The notes under the pieces: model-generated
Told to the model about the DNA's origin: nothing
Databases searched by the model: none
What the model saw: the letters and a program-made list of their open reading frames with translations, nothing else
Shown: positions 8,708-18,735 of the stretch, in pieces
Numbering within the stretch: the first letter of the stretch is position 1
Layout: every line of letters starts with the position of its first letter
Position numbers and translations under genes: made by a program
NCBI GenBank assembly: GCA_029762535.1
Contig: JARVGK010000004.1
Location: forward strand, 1 to 64,000
Origin: Thermoplasmatota archaeon
Lineage (GTDB): Archaea; Thermoplasmatota; Penumbrarchaeia; Penumbrarchaeales; Penumbrarchaeaceae
DNA length: 64,000 nt
Direction of reading: 5' to 3'

Positions 8708-11700
8708 ATGGTCACTGATAGAGGTGCAATCGCTTATTTTGTAATATCGTTCATTATATTTTCCGGATTCGTTCTACCCGCAAAGGGAGAGAATTCTCCA
8801 CATATCAGTGATGAGAGGGATCCATGGACCGATGAGGACGATCTGGTTTTCATCCATCATTCCGTGGGAAGGAACTGGTTGTCCGATGGTTTGAACAGTG
8901 CATTGATAGCGAAGAGCTACATCGATGAAAGGAACGATATATACTACGGAACAGATCTGGATAATAACAGCGGCCGACCAAAATCCATCGCATCTGATGT
9001 CGGGAATTATACCGAGATGAGACATTGGATATTATGGTTCAACGATTATCTTGATGCGGTTCTTGACCACGATTGCGCAGATGGTGTGAACCGGATAGTC
9101 ATGTTCAAGAGTTGCTATCCCGCAAGCAAGATCGGTTCTTCCGGAACGGAACCTGGGGATCCATTCAGTTCAACTAAGTCAATGGCAAATTACAAAGCTG
9201 TGTTCAGGCATTATTCCGGGGACAATAAGACATATTCAAGTAACGGATACACATATCTTCCATTGGATAGGGTCTTTGCATCCAATCCGAATACTCTGTT
9301 CATCTATGTTACCTCTCCGCCTCTGCATTATTCTCCCTGGGATGCGACAAGCGATACTGAAGCCGCAAGAGCGAGAGATTTCACTGATTGGGTCAAGAAC
9401 GATTGGCTGAACGATTATAACAGAAAGAATCCGGGGCTGAACAACGTGGCCGTATATGATTTCTTCAACTTTCTGGCATATCCCGACGATCATGCTTCAC
9501 ATCCCAATCGTCTGAAAAAGGAATACGGAGGTGAGACGGGGAATTCGCATCCCAACAAGACCGCGAACCAGGGAGCCACGGCGGATTTCGCCGGAAAGGG
9601 AGCGTTCCTGGATAACGCATGGGCAATGTTCAACCGATCCATCGAATACCATCAATGGGGGGGATCCAGACGCGATAGGATGAATACCGGTCGCTCACCA
9701 TACGGTCACGATTTCGAGAGGGCGAATTACAGGTGGAAATTCTCCAGTGGAGGGGAGATACACTCATCACCCGCGATAGATCGAGAAGGAAGGATATATT
9801 TCGGATCTGACGATGGCAAACTCTATGCCCTCTATCCAAACGGTTCATTGATATGGTCCTTTAAAACCAGTGGAAAGATCAGGTCATCTCCGAATATCGA
9901 TCATTCCGGGGTTATATATTTCGGGTCTGACGATGGTAGGTTCTATGCCCTGTATCCTAACGGTTCACAGTTATGGAACTTCACGACAGGTGATAAGGTC
10001 AGGTCATCTCCGAATATCGATCATTCCGGGGTTGTGTATTTTGGCTCTGACGATGGTAAACTATATGCATTATTCCCAAACGGATCTCAGGCTTGGAACC
10101 TATCGACCGGGGGAAAGATCAGCTCCAAACCTGCGATCGATTATAATGGAATTGTCTATGTATCATCAGATAATGGTAGATTGCACTCCGTTGAGATAAA
10201 TGGGACCTTGCGATTCACTATCAATATTACCGGCCCTGGAACACCTGCCATAAATGGGAACGGTCAGATAGTAGTTGGTTCCTCTAATGGAAGGGTCTAT
10301 GAATTGGATGATTCAGGCAAGATAATATGGAATTACACTTCTATCGGTGCAGATTTTTCTTCGCCATCCATCGATTTTGACGGGTATCTGATCGTATCGG
10401 ATCAAAAGGGATATGTTCTATCCATCTTCAACGGATCGCTGAACTGGAGGAAAAGCATGGGAGGGAATGTCAGCACACCTCCTGTTATTAACAACGGTTC
10501 CAAGGTCTATTTCGGGATGGAGAACGGCAGGGTCGTATCTTTGAATCCCAATGGCACACATGATTGGAACTTATCGTTGGATGATAGGATAACATCCGGT
10601 CCGGTGATCGATTCGGACGGCCGTATCTATGCTGCTACAGAGAACGGAACGCTCTACTGCATCGGTATCACCAAGCCGACACCGCCGACTTCGGCAGCAC
10701 TAACGAAGTTCGGATCGTCGTTCAACATAACGTGGGGATCGCCCCTCAACGACGGAGGCAGTACAGTTACTAGGTACGTAGTACTTAGATCGATGGATGG
10801 AGAATCCTACAGCAGTATAGACGAAACGGAACTGATGTATTACAACGATACCTCTTCAAAGTCGAATTCCCTCTATTTTTATCATGTGAAGGCCGTTAAC
10901 TCGGTTGGCCAGTCAGAACCAAGCATCACGATGACGGGGGATCACAAGCGTCCTGTTCTCGCAATTGATTCCACCCCTGTATCCGGCACCACGGGTGATC
11001 CTTTAACCTTCAAAGCATCGTTCAGTGATGACAGCGGAATATCCGAGGTTTATCTTGTGGTGACGATACCGGGTAACGGTTCGTACAACCTTACGATGGT
11101 TCCAGGTACTGAATATCAAAGGACCATAATCGTTTCATCCGATACGACATCAAGCATATCCTACAGATTCGTGTTCTCGGACAAGGTCGGTAACTGGAAC
11201 CAAACAACGAACAAACAGATCACGGTCTATGATAACGACCCTCCGGAATTCATACAAGATGGTACTCCGAAAAAGATGAACATGTCCCAAGACCTCTGGT
11301 TCAACGTCTCTGTCTCAGATAATATACAGGTCTCATCGGTTTACGTGGAATACTGGTTCGGATCGGGGTCCCATACCAATGTAAGTATGTCCGGAACGGG
11401 GCCATACACCTACAAGATCACGATCCCTTCGGATATGAAAGATAATTTACACTATATATTCCATGCCGTTGATAACTCAGGTAACTGGGCCCATACCTCT
11501 CAAAAGGACATATCCATATTCGACAACGACAGACCCACGTTCGGGACGGATTCGACTCCTAGCTCCGGGACAACTGGTGAATCCCTTACCTTCTCGATTT
11601 CCGTATCGGATAACATAGGTGTATCATCAGTGTTTGTTGAGTATTGGTTCGGATCTGGGTCGCATACGAATGTGAGCATGAGCGGTTCTGGTCCTTATAC

Positions 11701-14515
11701 GTATCAGATAACGATACTCTCAAGCTCAACAGATACCCTTCATTACATATTCCATGCAGTTGATACTTCGGGTAACTGGGCTCACACATCACAGAAGAAC
11801 GTGACCATTACCGACAACGACAAACCCACGTTTGGAACGGATTCAACACCAAGTTCGGGAACAACAGGCGACTCATTTACCTTCTCAATTTCCGTATCGG
11901 ATAATATAGATGTGTCATCAGTGAATGTGGAGTATTGGTTCGGATCTGGATCCCATACGAATGTGAGCATGAGCGGTTCTGGTCCTTATACGTATCAGAT
12001 AACGATACTCTCAAGCTCAACAGATACTCTTCATTACATATTCCATGCAGTTGATACTTCGGGTAACTGGGCGCATGCTTCCCAGAAGGATGTGACCATT
12101 ACCGACAACGACAAACCAACATTCGGAACTGATAACACTCCGAGCTCGGGAACCACGGGGGATCCGTTCACGTTCAACATATCGGTGACGGATAATATTG
12201 GCGTTTCATCGGTCTTTGTCGAATATTGGTTCGGAACAGGAGAACATGATAATGTGAGCATGAATGGCTCAAGGGCGTATATTTTCCAGATCACGATGCC
12301 CTCGAACTCGACGGATACTTTACATTACATATTCCATGCGGTAGATGGTTTCGGGAACTGGAACGATACGATACAAAAAGATGTGTTGGTATCTGACAAC
12401 GATAGACCCGTGTTCGGAACAGATGCAACACCCGGATCAGCAAGGACAGGCGAGGAATTCACCTTCAGTATCATGGCCTGGGATAACATTGCGATCTCTT
12501 TCATCTATCTGGAATACCGGTTCGGGACAGGAGATCATAATAACGTGAGCATGGAAGAATCGGGACCATACACTTACCGGATCACTATACCTTCGAACTC
12601 GACAGATACGCTTCATTACCTGTTCATTGCGGTAGACCAGTCCGGGAATTGGGCCAATACCCTGGAGATGGATGTGATAATAACTGATGAGGAGAGACCA
12701 ACATTTGGATCGGATGATACATCTCATTCGGGAACAACCGGGGATCCGTTCACGTTCAGTATATCAGTGACGGATAATATTGGCGTGTCATCTGTCTTTG
12801 TCGAATACTGGTTCGGGACAGGAGAGCATTACAACGAGAGCATGAACGGATGGGGGCCTTATACCTATCAGATCACGATATCTTCCCATTCGACGGAGAC
12901 GCTCCATTACATATTCCACGCCGTTGATGGTTCCGGCAACTGGAATGATACGATACAAAAGGATGTATTGGTATCTGACAACGATAAGCCGTTTTTCGGA
13001 ACCGATGAAACACCTGCATCAGCGATGACCGGGAACAGATTCACCTTCAGCATCATGGCCTGGGATAACATTGCGATCTCTTTTGTCCATGTGGAATACT
13101 GGTTCGGGACAGGAGAGCATTACAACATGAGTATGAACGGATCGGGACCATACACTTATCGGATCACTATACCTTCGCATTCGACAGATGTACTTCATTA
13201 CCTGTTCCATGCGGTTGACGAGGCCGGGAATCGGGCACATACCTTAGAGAGGACCGTTGCCGTTTTGGATGATGACGTCCCGGTATTCGGATCGGATTCA
13301 ACTCCGATCTCAGGAACGACCGGGGACCTGTTCATGTTCAACATCTCTGTGACGGATAATATTGGAGTGTCATCGGTCTTTGTCGAATACTGGTTCGGGA
13401 CAGGGGAACATAATAACATGAGCATGACGGGATCGGGTCATTATATCTATCAGATGATCATCCCATTCGACTCGATCGATCCCCTGCATTACATATTCCA
13501 TGCTGTTGATGATTCGCTCAATAGAAACCATACCATTGAAATCACCGTGACGATCGAGGATAATAAAAAACCAATTTTCCTCTCCGATCAAACGCCCTCT
13601 GAGGCGTATACAGGGGAAAATATCATTTTCAACATATCTGTGACGGATAATATCGGCTTATCGATGGTATATCTCGAGTACTGGTTCGGAGAGGGTGAGC
13701 ATTACAATGTGAGCATGGAAGGCTCGCACTTTTTCATGTATGATCTGTCCCTCCCGTTGGGATCAAATGATGTGCTTTATTACATATTCAGAGCTGTTGA
13801 CCCATTCGGGAACTGGAACATGACAAAACAAAAAGAGATCGTGATTCATGATGAGATTATGATCGATGATGAATCGCCCACATCCGATGCCGGACCCGAT
13901 CGAAAGGTCCCTGCGGGAACGATCGTCGAGCTTGATGGTTCAGGTTCGAAAGATAATGTCGGGATCGTGAACTGGACATGGTCTTTCAATGACGGCTCAA
14001 GAGACATTGTCATCTATGGCGCAATAGCTTATCACAACTTCTCCATACCTGGAAACTACAGTATAGGTCTTAATGTGACGGATGAAGCGGGAAATTACGC
14101 TTCCGATCATTTTCTGTTGACGGTCGAACCGATCATCAACGGCAATGGAAAGATAGATGAAGGCCCCCTTACACAGGGATTCGACATTAAAGATCTTTGG
14201 TGGTTGGCCCTGATCATTATAGCATGGATGATAATGCTTATTATCGGCATTTTAACGATGATAAATAAGAAAAAGGACGATCAAGCAGTATCGGCCAATT
14301 TGTCTGAAGTCACCTCATTCGATCCGGAACCGGTAAACGCTTCGGAAGATGTTGACATATCAAACGATGGGATAGGTAAAGAGGACCCCATTGATATGGA
14401 TGAGGAGATCCCAATAGAGGGTTTGGAGTTGGAAGAACTCGACATTCCCTCTGTTGAGGAATACCTGTCATCTCTTGATATAGAGGATCGGCCGGACACT
14501 GGAACCGAACCATGA
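8708..14515 (+). CDS. 1935-aa cell-surface protein: signal peptide, HHSVG (SGNH-like) head, PQQ-type beta-propeller, FN3, 10 x 97-aa Ig-like repeats, PKD, C-terminal TM, acidic tail
   Basis: Hydrophobic N-terminus; SSP.ID..G.IYFGSDDG.LYAL.PNGS..W repeats; WGSPLNDGGSTVTRY (FN3); ADAG-like SDAGPD...LDGSGSKDNVGIVNWTWSF (PKD); LWWLALIIIAWMIMLIIGIL TM. Confidence 0.85.
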   Translation: MVTDRGAIAYFVISFIIFSGFVLPAKGENSPHISDERDPWTDEDDLVFIHHSVGRNWLSDGLNSALIAKSYIDERNDIYYGTDLDNNSGRPKSIASDVGNYTEMRHWILWFNDYLDAVLDHDCADGVNRIVMFKSCYPASKIGSSGTEPGDPFSSTKSMANYKAVFRHYSGDNKTYSSNGYTYLPLDRVFASNPNTLFIYVTSPPLHYSPWDATSDTEAARARDFTDWVKNDWLNDYNRKNPGLNNVAVYDFFNFLAYPDDHASHPNRLKKEYGGETGNSHPNKTANQGATADFAGKGAFLDNAWAMFNRSIEYHQWGGSRRDRMNTGRSPYGHDFERANYRWKFSSGGEIHSSPAIDREGRIYFGSDDGKLYALYPNGSLIWSFKTSGKIRSSPNIDHSGVIYFGSDDGRFYALYPNGSQLWNFTTGDKVRSSPNIDHSGVVYFGSDDGKLYALFPNGSQAWNLSTGGKISSKPAIDYNGIVYVSSDNGRLHSVEINGTLRFTINITGPGTPAINGNGQIVVGSSNGRVYELDDSGKIIWNYTSIGADFSSPSIDFDGYLIVSDQKGYVLSIFNGSLNWRKSMGGNVSTPPVINNGSKVYFGMENGRVVSLNPNGTHDWNLSLDDRITSGPVIDSDGRIYAATENGTLYCIGITKPTPPTSAALTKFGSSFNITWGSPLNDGGSTVTRYVVLRSMDGESYSSIDETELMYYNDTSSKSNSLYFYHVKAVNSVGQSEPSITMTGDHKRPVLAIDSTPVSGTTGDPLTFKASFSDDSGISEVYLVVTIPGNGSYNLTMVPGTEYQRTIIVSSDTTSSISYRFVFSDKVGNWNQTTNKQITVYDNDPPEFIQDGTPKKMNMSQDLWFNVSVSDNIQVSSVYVEYWFGSGSHTNVSMSGTGPYTYKITIPSDMKDNLHYIFHAVDNSGNWAHTSQKDISIFDNDRPTFGTDSTPSSGTTGESLTFSISVSDNIGVSSVFVEYWFGSGSHTNVSMSGSGPYTYQITILSSSTDTLHYIFHAVDTSGNWAHTSQKNVTITDNDKPTFGTDSTPSSGTTGDSFTFSISVSDNIDVSSVNVEYWFGSGSHTNVSMSGSGPYTYQITILSSSTDTLHYIFHAVDTSGNWAHASQKDVTITDNDKPTFGTDNTPSSGTTGDPFTFNISVTDNIGVSSVFVEYWFGTGEHDNVSMNGSRAYIFQITMPSNSTDTLHYIFHAVDGFGNWNDTIQKDVLVSDNDRPVFGTDATPGSARTGEEFTFSIMAWDNIAISFIYLEYRFGTGDHNNVSMEESGPYTYRITIPSNSTDTLHYLFIAVDQSGNWANTLEMDVIITDEERPTFGSDDTSHSGTTGDPFTFSISVTDNIGVSSVFVEYWFGTGEHYNESMNGWGPYTYQITISSHSTETLHYIFHAVDGSGNWNDTIQKDVLVSDNDKPFFGTDETPASAMTGNRFTFSIMAWDNIAISFVHVEYWFGTGEHYNMSMNGSGPYTYRITIPSHSTDVLHYLFHAVDEAGNRAHTLERTVAVLDDDVPVFGSDSTPISGTTGDLFMFNISVTDNIGVSSVFVEYWFGTGEHNNMSMTGSGHYIYQMIIPFDSIDPLHYIFHAVDDSLNRNHTIEITVTIEDNKKPIFLSDQTPSEAYTGENIIFNISVTDNIGLSMVYLEYWFGEGEHYNVSMEGSHFFMYDLSLPLGSNDVLYYIFRAVDPFGNWNMTKQKEIVIHDEIMIDDESPTSDAGPDRKVPAGTIVELDGSGSKDNVGIVNWTWSFNDGSRDIVIYGAIAYHNFSIPGNYSIGLNVTDEAGNYASDHFLLTVEPIINGNGKIDEGPLTQGFDIKDLWWLALIIIAWMIMLIIGILTMINKKKDDQAVSANLSEVTSFDPEPVNASEDVDISNDGIGKEDPIDMDEEIPIEGLELEELDIPSVEEYLSSLDIEDRPDTGTEP
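9745..10670 (+). repeat. About 40-aa (120 bp) PQQ/BamB-like beta-propeller blade repeats
   Basis: aggtcatctccgaatatcgatcattccggggtt occurs at 9881 and 10001 (120 bp apart); about 8 blades in translation. Confidence 0.85.
10940..13850 (+). repeat. Tandem array of ten 291-bp (97-aa) intragenic repeats
   Basis: Unit starts (D-N-D-x-P) at 10940, 11231, 11522, 11813, 12104, 12395, 12686, 12977, 13268, 13559; consensus DND.P.FG.D.TP.SGTTG..FTF.ISV.DNIGVSSV.VEYWFG.G.H.N.SM.GSGPY.Y.ITI......LHYIFHAVD..GNW. Confidence 0.95.
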
Positions 14516-14528
14516 GGGACAATCGTTT

Positions 14529-17500
14529 TCAGAAAGCTTCTTTTGACATGGGATCGTCAGGAACATCCGCTATCTCTGTCACTTCTTCCAGAGGTATCAT
14601 CAGATCATCTATCTCTTTCATGATCTCATCGATATTAAGGTTCTCAACATCGATATCAGATACGTTCGCTTCATCCTCGGGTGGATCGGCATCGTCAAGC
14701 GGAGGCTGTTCATATTCATCGAATTCTTCCACTTCCTCATATTCCGTAAAGTCCTCTGGAGGGGGCGAGATATCTTTGCTTTTTCTTCCCAGTATGAATG
14801 AGAAAAGTATCAGGATCATGGTTGTGATACAGAATATCATGGTAATTATGACGAGTGTCCTGCTATCTGCGACCTCATGAACTATCGTTTCAGGGACGGG
14901 ATCCTTATTCTCATCGATCGGGTCCTCTTCATTTTCGGTGTTAACCACACCTTCGATCTGTGACTCTATCTCAAGGACAACCGGGGTTTCAACATAGTTT
15001 CCGTTGACATCCGTGACCTTGAACCAGAAGCTGAATGGAGCGTCTATTAATTCTATGAATTTCTTGTATATGCCGGCATCTCCGGTCAACGGGATCTCGA
15101 TGAGCTCATCTTGTATTTCGATAAAAAGGGACACATCCCCGATGCCGATATTATCATGGACCTCGATCTCGAAGCTGTATCCGATTCCGCCCATTATCCT
15201 CTTTGTCGATGCGTCTATGATCTCGGGTGGGTCATTGTCTTTTATAATGATCGTTCTTTCATTACCCATCAATATGTTTCCCGATACGTCCTTCACCCAT
15301 AATCGATAATGAATATCAGAGGTCATATCGAAGGGGATCGCTATCTTTCCGTGGTGATCTCCGGCCTCATGTCTCAATGTGATGTTCGTTGAAGGAGCGT
15401 CTTCGCTCCAGAACTGGAAGATGACGGACCTGATCCCGATGTTATCCTCTACGGTGACCATAATGTTGAAGGGATCACCGGTGGTTCCATATTCATCCGA
15501 TCTATCATGAACTATCCACGGTTTGACATTATCGATGATGGGAACGCTTATTGCAGGAAGTTCCAGCATATTTCCGCCGATGTCCCTTGCATGTATGCTG
15601 TATTCAAGGGACCCCATGTGATCCATCGGTATCACTATGGCCTTTTTGATATGCCCCTGTTCTCCGGATATGGAGTAGCTTTTCTCCCCGAGGATATAAT
15701 CGATCCTTGTTGAGGAGATCCCCCTGTTATCCGTTATGACAATGTCGAATCTGAACTCCTCCCCTGAATAACCTATCTGATCCGTGTTGTCGCTATGAAG
15801 CACTGGAGGTTCGCTGTCCATTACATCTATGATCATGAAGGAGGTTATGTTCTCATTTCCGCTGCTGTCGGAGAGGTTCAAGCGATACTGAACGAGTTCT
15901 GCTGCAGGATCGGATAATTGGTGGGAGTATTCGTGATGATCGCCGATCTTGATGAGATCGTAGCTTAGGATCTGATCATTCTCGATTATCTCTACGATCG
16001 TTCTATCAAGCTTTATGTTGTCGTATAGTTCGAACTTGAAATCGATCCGATCCCTTTGGTCCGATGAATGAGTTGTCAGGTCATCCAACATCGATGGTTC
16101 GATAACATCGATTATTCTTATGTTATGATCCCTGGATGAGGTCTCAAGACCTCCCAGGTCCCTAGCCGTTGTATGGTATGATATTGTCCCTATGAGGTCA
16201 TTTGGTATGGTCAGATATCCGATCCAGTTTCCAAAATTTACATCTCCCTCGTCTATTTTGAGATCGATCTGGCCGCTGAACAGGTTTTTTTCGTGCTGGT
16301 AGGTCACCTTCACATCATCTATACCATCCATGTCGGAAGCTGTAATGTCGAATTTGAGCTTCTCCCCGGTCCCGATGGTATCCACGGTCAGGTCCGAAAC
16401 GATGATCGGCCGATCCTCTCTTGTTATGGAGATGTTTAAGATATCGCTTTCTTTGATCAGTTCGAACTGCAGGGATCCCGACTCATTTGAGGATGCTACC
16501 AGACTGGGGATCCCATTCTCGAGGATGGTGTATCTCTCTTCAGGCAGCAATCCTTTAATAAGATATGTCGCCTTTTTGTCGGTTGTCCTGTCCTCTTCGG
16601 TCCATTCCAGAACAACATCACTGTATCTGTTGTATGAGTTTACTTTGATTGTACTAACGTGAGGAACGGGGGATGTCGGGATCCAATCCTCGTTCACTAC
16701 TATGGAAAGATCCACCCCGTCGTCATCTTCCGAGACTTCTTCCGTGTATCGGAATCTCCCATCCTCGTAGAGGAAGATCTCCCTCCCGATCTTGATGGGA
16801 TCCGATCCCATGATGTTGGGAGGAACGTATTCTATCGCTCCTATGTCCGGGATCCCGTATATAGGGGATCCGAATATATCTGAGGGATATTCAATAAAAG
16901 ATAGATCTGTAGCCATATCTATACATGGAGAATCATTTGATAATTGATAGTAGCTATTGCTTATCCATTTTATTGAAGGATCAGTTTTCATCCCATTTTG
17001 ATCATGTCCATATGTATTTGTCCATTTGGAAATATTGATAATATCTGTGCCTGTCCTGCCTGATTTCACTTGGAATTCTCCAGGACCATAAATATTACCA
17101 TTACAATAGAATCCCGAGTGATCCGCTCGAAAAGAATCATACTGGAAATCAAATACATAAAATGGCATACGGTTTTCTTTGGTTGTGAAGATATTTGATA
17201 TTATTGAAATGTTATTTAAATGTTGTCGGCTATCAGCTATTTCTATTAATCCACTATGAGTCATATTTTTTCCATATGCAAATAAATTTTTATATAATAA
17301 TATATTATTCACTTTAAATGAATGATAATTTACACTATTAATATTCAATGAATAGGGAGCATGTCCTTTATTTAATGATACAATATTATTATAGAATGAA
17401 ACATTAGAAACAGCAATATATATTTGACCCATTGACGCATTACCATAAAAAAGGTTGTTAAATGCTTTTATGTTATTTGCACTACTATCTATATGTAATA

Positions 17501-18467
17501 ATTTTAAAGGACAATCACTTACGATATTATTATAAATAGAAATATTGCTTCCAGTTGTAATGTCAATACCATCAGCATTTACACTATTTTTTATTATATT
17601 ATGGTGTATTGATATATTCGTTCCTAGATGAGTGCTATAATGGCTATTACCTTCATGTAGTGTTATTGAATCTCCATATGACCTTGTAATCTTATTATGT
17701 GCAATTTCTATATCTGATCCATGAAAAGTTGAATCTCCCATAAGTGCAATTCCAGAACCACCATATATTAAACCTGTATCTTCAATAGTGTTATTTATAA
17801 TTTTTAGATTAAATTCGCCAAAAGGAGCGTAAATTCCCCATCTTCCGACATGATGAATATAATTATCTTTAATTGTGACTCCATAATGACGTGAACCTAC
17901 TGATTGTGTTACAACACCACTTGATAAATTAAAGATTTCAAAACCCGATAAGGTTACATAATTACCTCTAATATCAATGTATCCACCCCAGTTACCATTC
18001 ATTTTTGGATGTGACCCATTTCCATATGATTTTAAAATAATATGATTTCCTTTGGAGCCTGAGCTTCTGAATTGAAAAAAGCCATCATGGCATTTGCTTA
18101 TATCCCATTCACCACCCTTAATGAAATTAATATTATCTCCGCCAGTAAAGGTAGTAACTTCATCAACGTTTTTTAGAGTTTTCCATGGCCCATTATTTCC
18201 CGAAGTGAATTTTTCGGACCTACCATCCCAATTATCATTTCCGTTGATCGAATCTACATAGAAATTCCTGGTTGTTGGAGATCTTGTTTCATTGATGGAT
18301 TCATCTATGGTCGATCCATCGGTCTCGAAGAGCATCGATTGTCCGGATATGATAGCTCCAACAAGTAGGAACAACAATAAAATCGTTATACCTGATAAGT
18401 CCCTTTTTAAGGTTTTTTGAGCCTTCTGTGAAATCATTACTACACCTTTCTTCTGATGGTATATCAT
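14529..18467 (-). CDS. 1312-aa cell-surface protein: right-handed parallel beta-helix (pectin-lyase-like) head, SPCID...PDIGAIEY motif, about 5 Ig-like stalk repeats, C-terminal TM, acidic tail
   Basis: FYVDSINGNDNWDGRS...GPWKTL start, many I.NN.I repeats, repeats such as GTTGDPFNIMVTVEDNIGIRSV, TM LVIITMIFCITTMILILFSFILG. Confidence 0.85.
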   Translation of the reverse strand: MIYHQKKGVVMISQKAQKTLKRDLSGITILLLFLLVGAIISGQSMLFETDGSTIDESINETRSPTTRNFYVDSINGNDNWDGRSEKFTSGNNGPWKTLKNVDEVTTFTGGDNINFIKGGEWDISKCHDGFFQFRSSGSKGNHIILKSYGNGSHPKMNGNWGGYIDIRGNYVTLSGFEIFNLSSGVVTQSVGSRHYGVTIKDNYIHHVGRWGIYAPFGEFNLKIINNTIEDTGLIYGGSGIALMGDSTFHGSDIEIAHNKITRSYGDSITLHEGNSHYSTHLGTNISIHHNIIKNSVNADGIDITTGSNISIYNNIVSDCPLKLLHIDSSANNIKAFNNLFYGNASMGQIYIAVSNVSFYNNIVSLNKGHAPYSLNINSVNYHSFKVNNILLYKNLFAYGKNMTHSGLIEIADSRQHLNNISIISNIFTTKENRMPFYVFDFQYDSFRADHSGFYCNGNIYGPGEFQVKSGRTGTDIINISKWTNTYGHDQNGMKTDPSIKWISNSYYQLSNDSPCIDMATDLSFIEYPSDIFGSPIYGIPDIGAIEYVPPNIMGSDPIKIGREIFLYEDGRFRYTEEVSEDDDGVDLSIVVNEDWIPTSPVPHVSTIKVNSYNRYSDVVLEWTEEDRTTDKKATYLIKGLLPEERYTILENGIPSLVASSNESGSLQFELIKESDILNISITREDRPIIVSDLTVDTIGTGEKLKFDITASDMDGIDDVKVTYQHEKNLFSGQIDLKIDEGDVNFGNWIGYLTIPNDLIGTISYHTTARDLGGLETSSRDHNIRIIDVIEPSMLDDLTTHSSDQRDRIDFKFELYDNIKLDRTIVEIIENDQILSYDLIKIGDHHEYSHQLSDPAAELVQYRLNLSDSSGNENITSFMIIDVMDSEPPVLHSDNTDQIGYSGEEFRFDIVITDNRGISSTRIDYILGEKSYSISGEQGHIKKAIVIPMDHMGSLEYSIHARDIGGNMLELPAISVPIIDNVKPWIVHDRSDEYGTTGDPFNIMVTVEDNIGIRSVIFQFWSEDAPSTNITLRHEAGDHHGKIAIPFDMTSDIHYRLWVKDVSGNILMGNERTIIIKDNDPPEIIDASTKRIMGGIGYSFEIEVHDNIGIGDVSLFIEIQDELIEIPLTGDAGIYKKFIELIDAPFSFWFKVTDVNGNYVETPVVLEIESQIEGVVNTENEEDPIDENKDPVPETIVHEVADSRTLVIITMIFCITTMILILFSFILGRKSKDISPPPEDFTEYEEVEEFDEYEQPPLDDADPPEDEANVSDIDVENLNIDEIMKEIDDLMIPLEEVTEIADVPDDPMSKEAF

Positions 18468-18735
18468 GATATTTATGGCGAATATGGGATATCCCTGGGG
18501 AAGTCCCTGCCATATGCCCCATCGGTTAGATTCCTTCTAGTTGTTATCATTTTTGATAATGGAAGACCGTATATATCTTGACATATGATTCGTATTCTGC
18601 TTCCTTTGTTATCTGACTGGTATATCATAGGACATCTTGTGTCGATGATTAGTTGTTATATTATATTTACGGTAACTATTGTGAATCTATTATTGTCCTA
18701 ATTCATTTGGTATATTGTTATCTAAAAATAATATA

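Noticed and set aside
11522-12104. Near-identical repeats as a DGR template/variable pair or CRISPR array
   Set aside because: In-frame coding tandem units, differences are not adenine-restricted, no reverse transcriptase, spacers or cas genes
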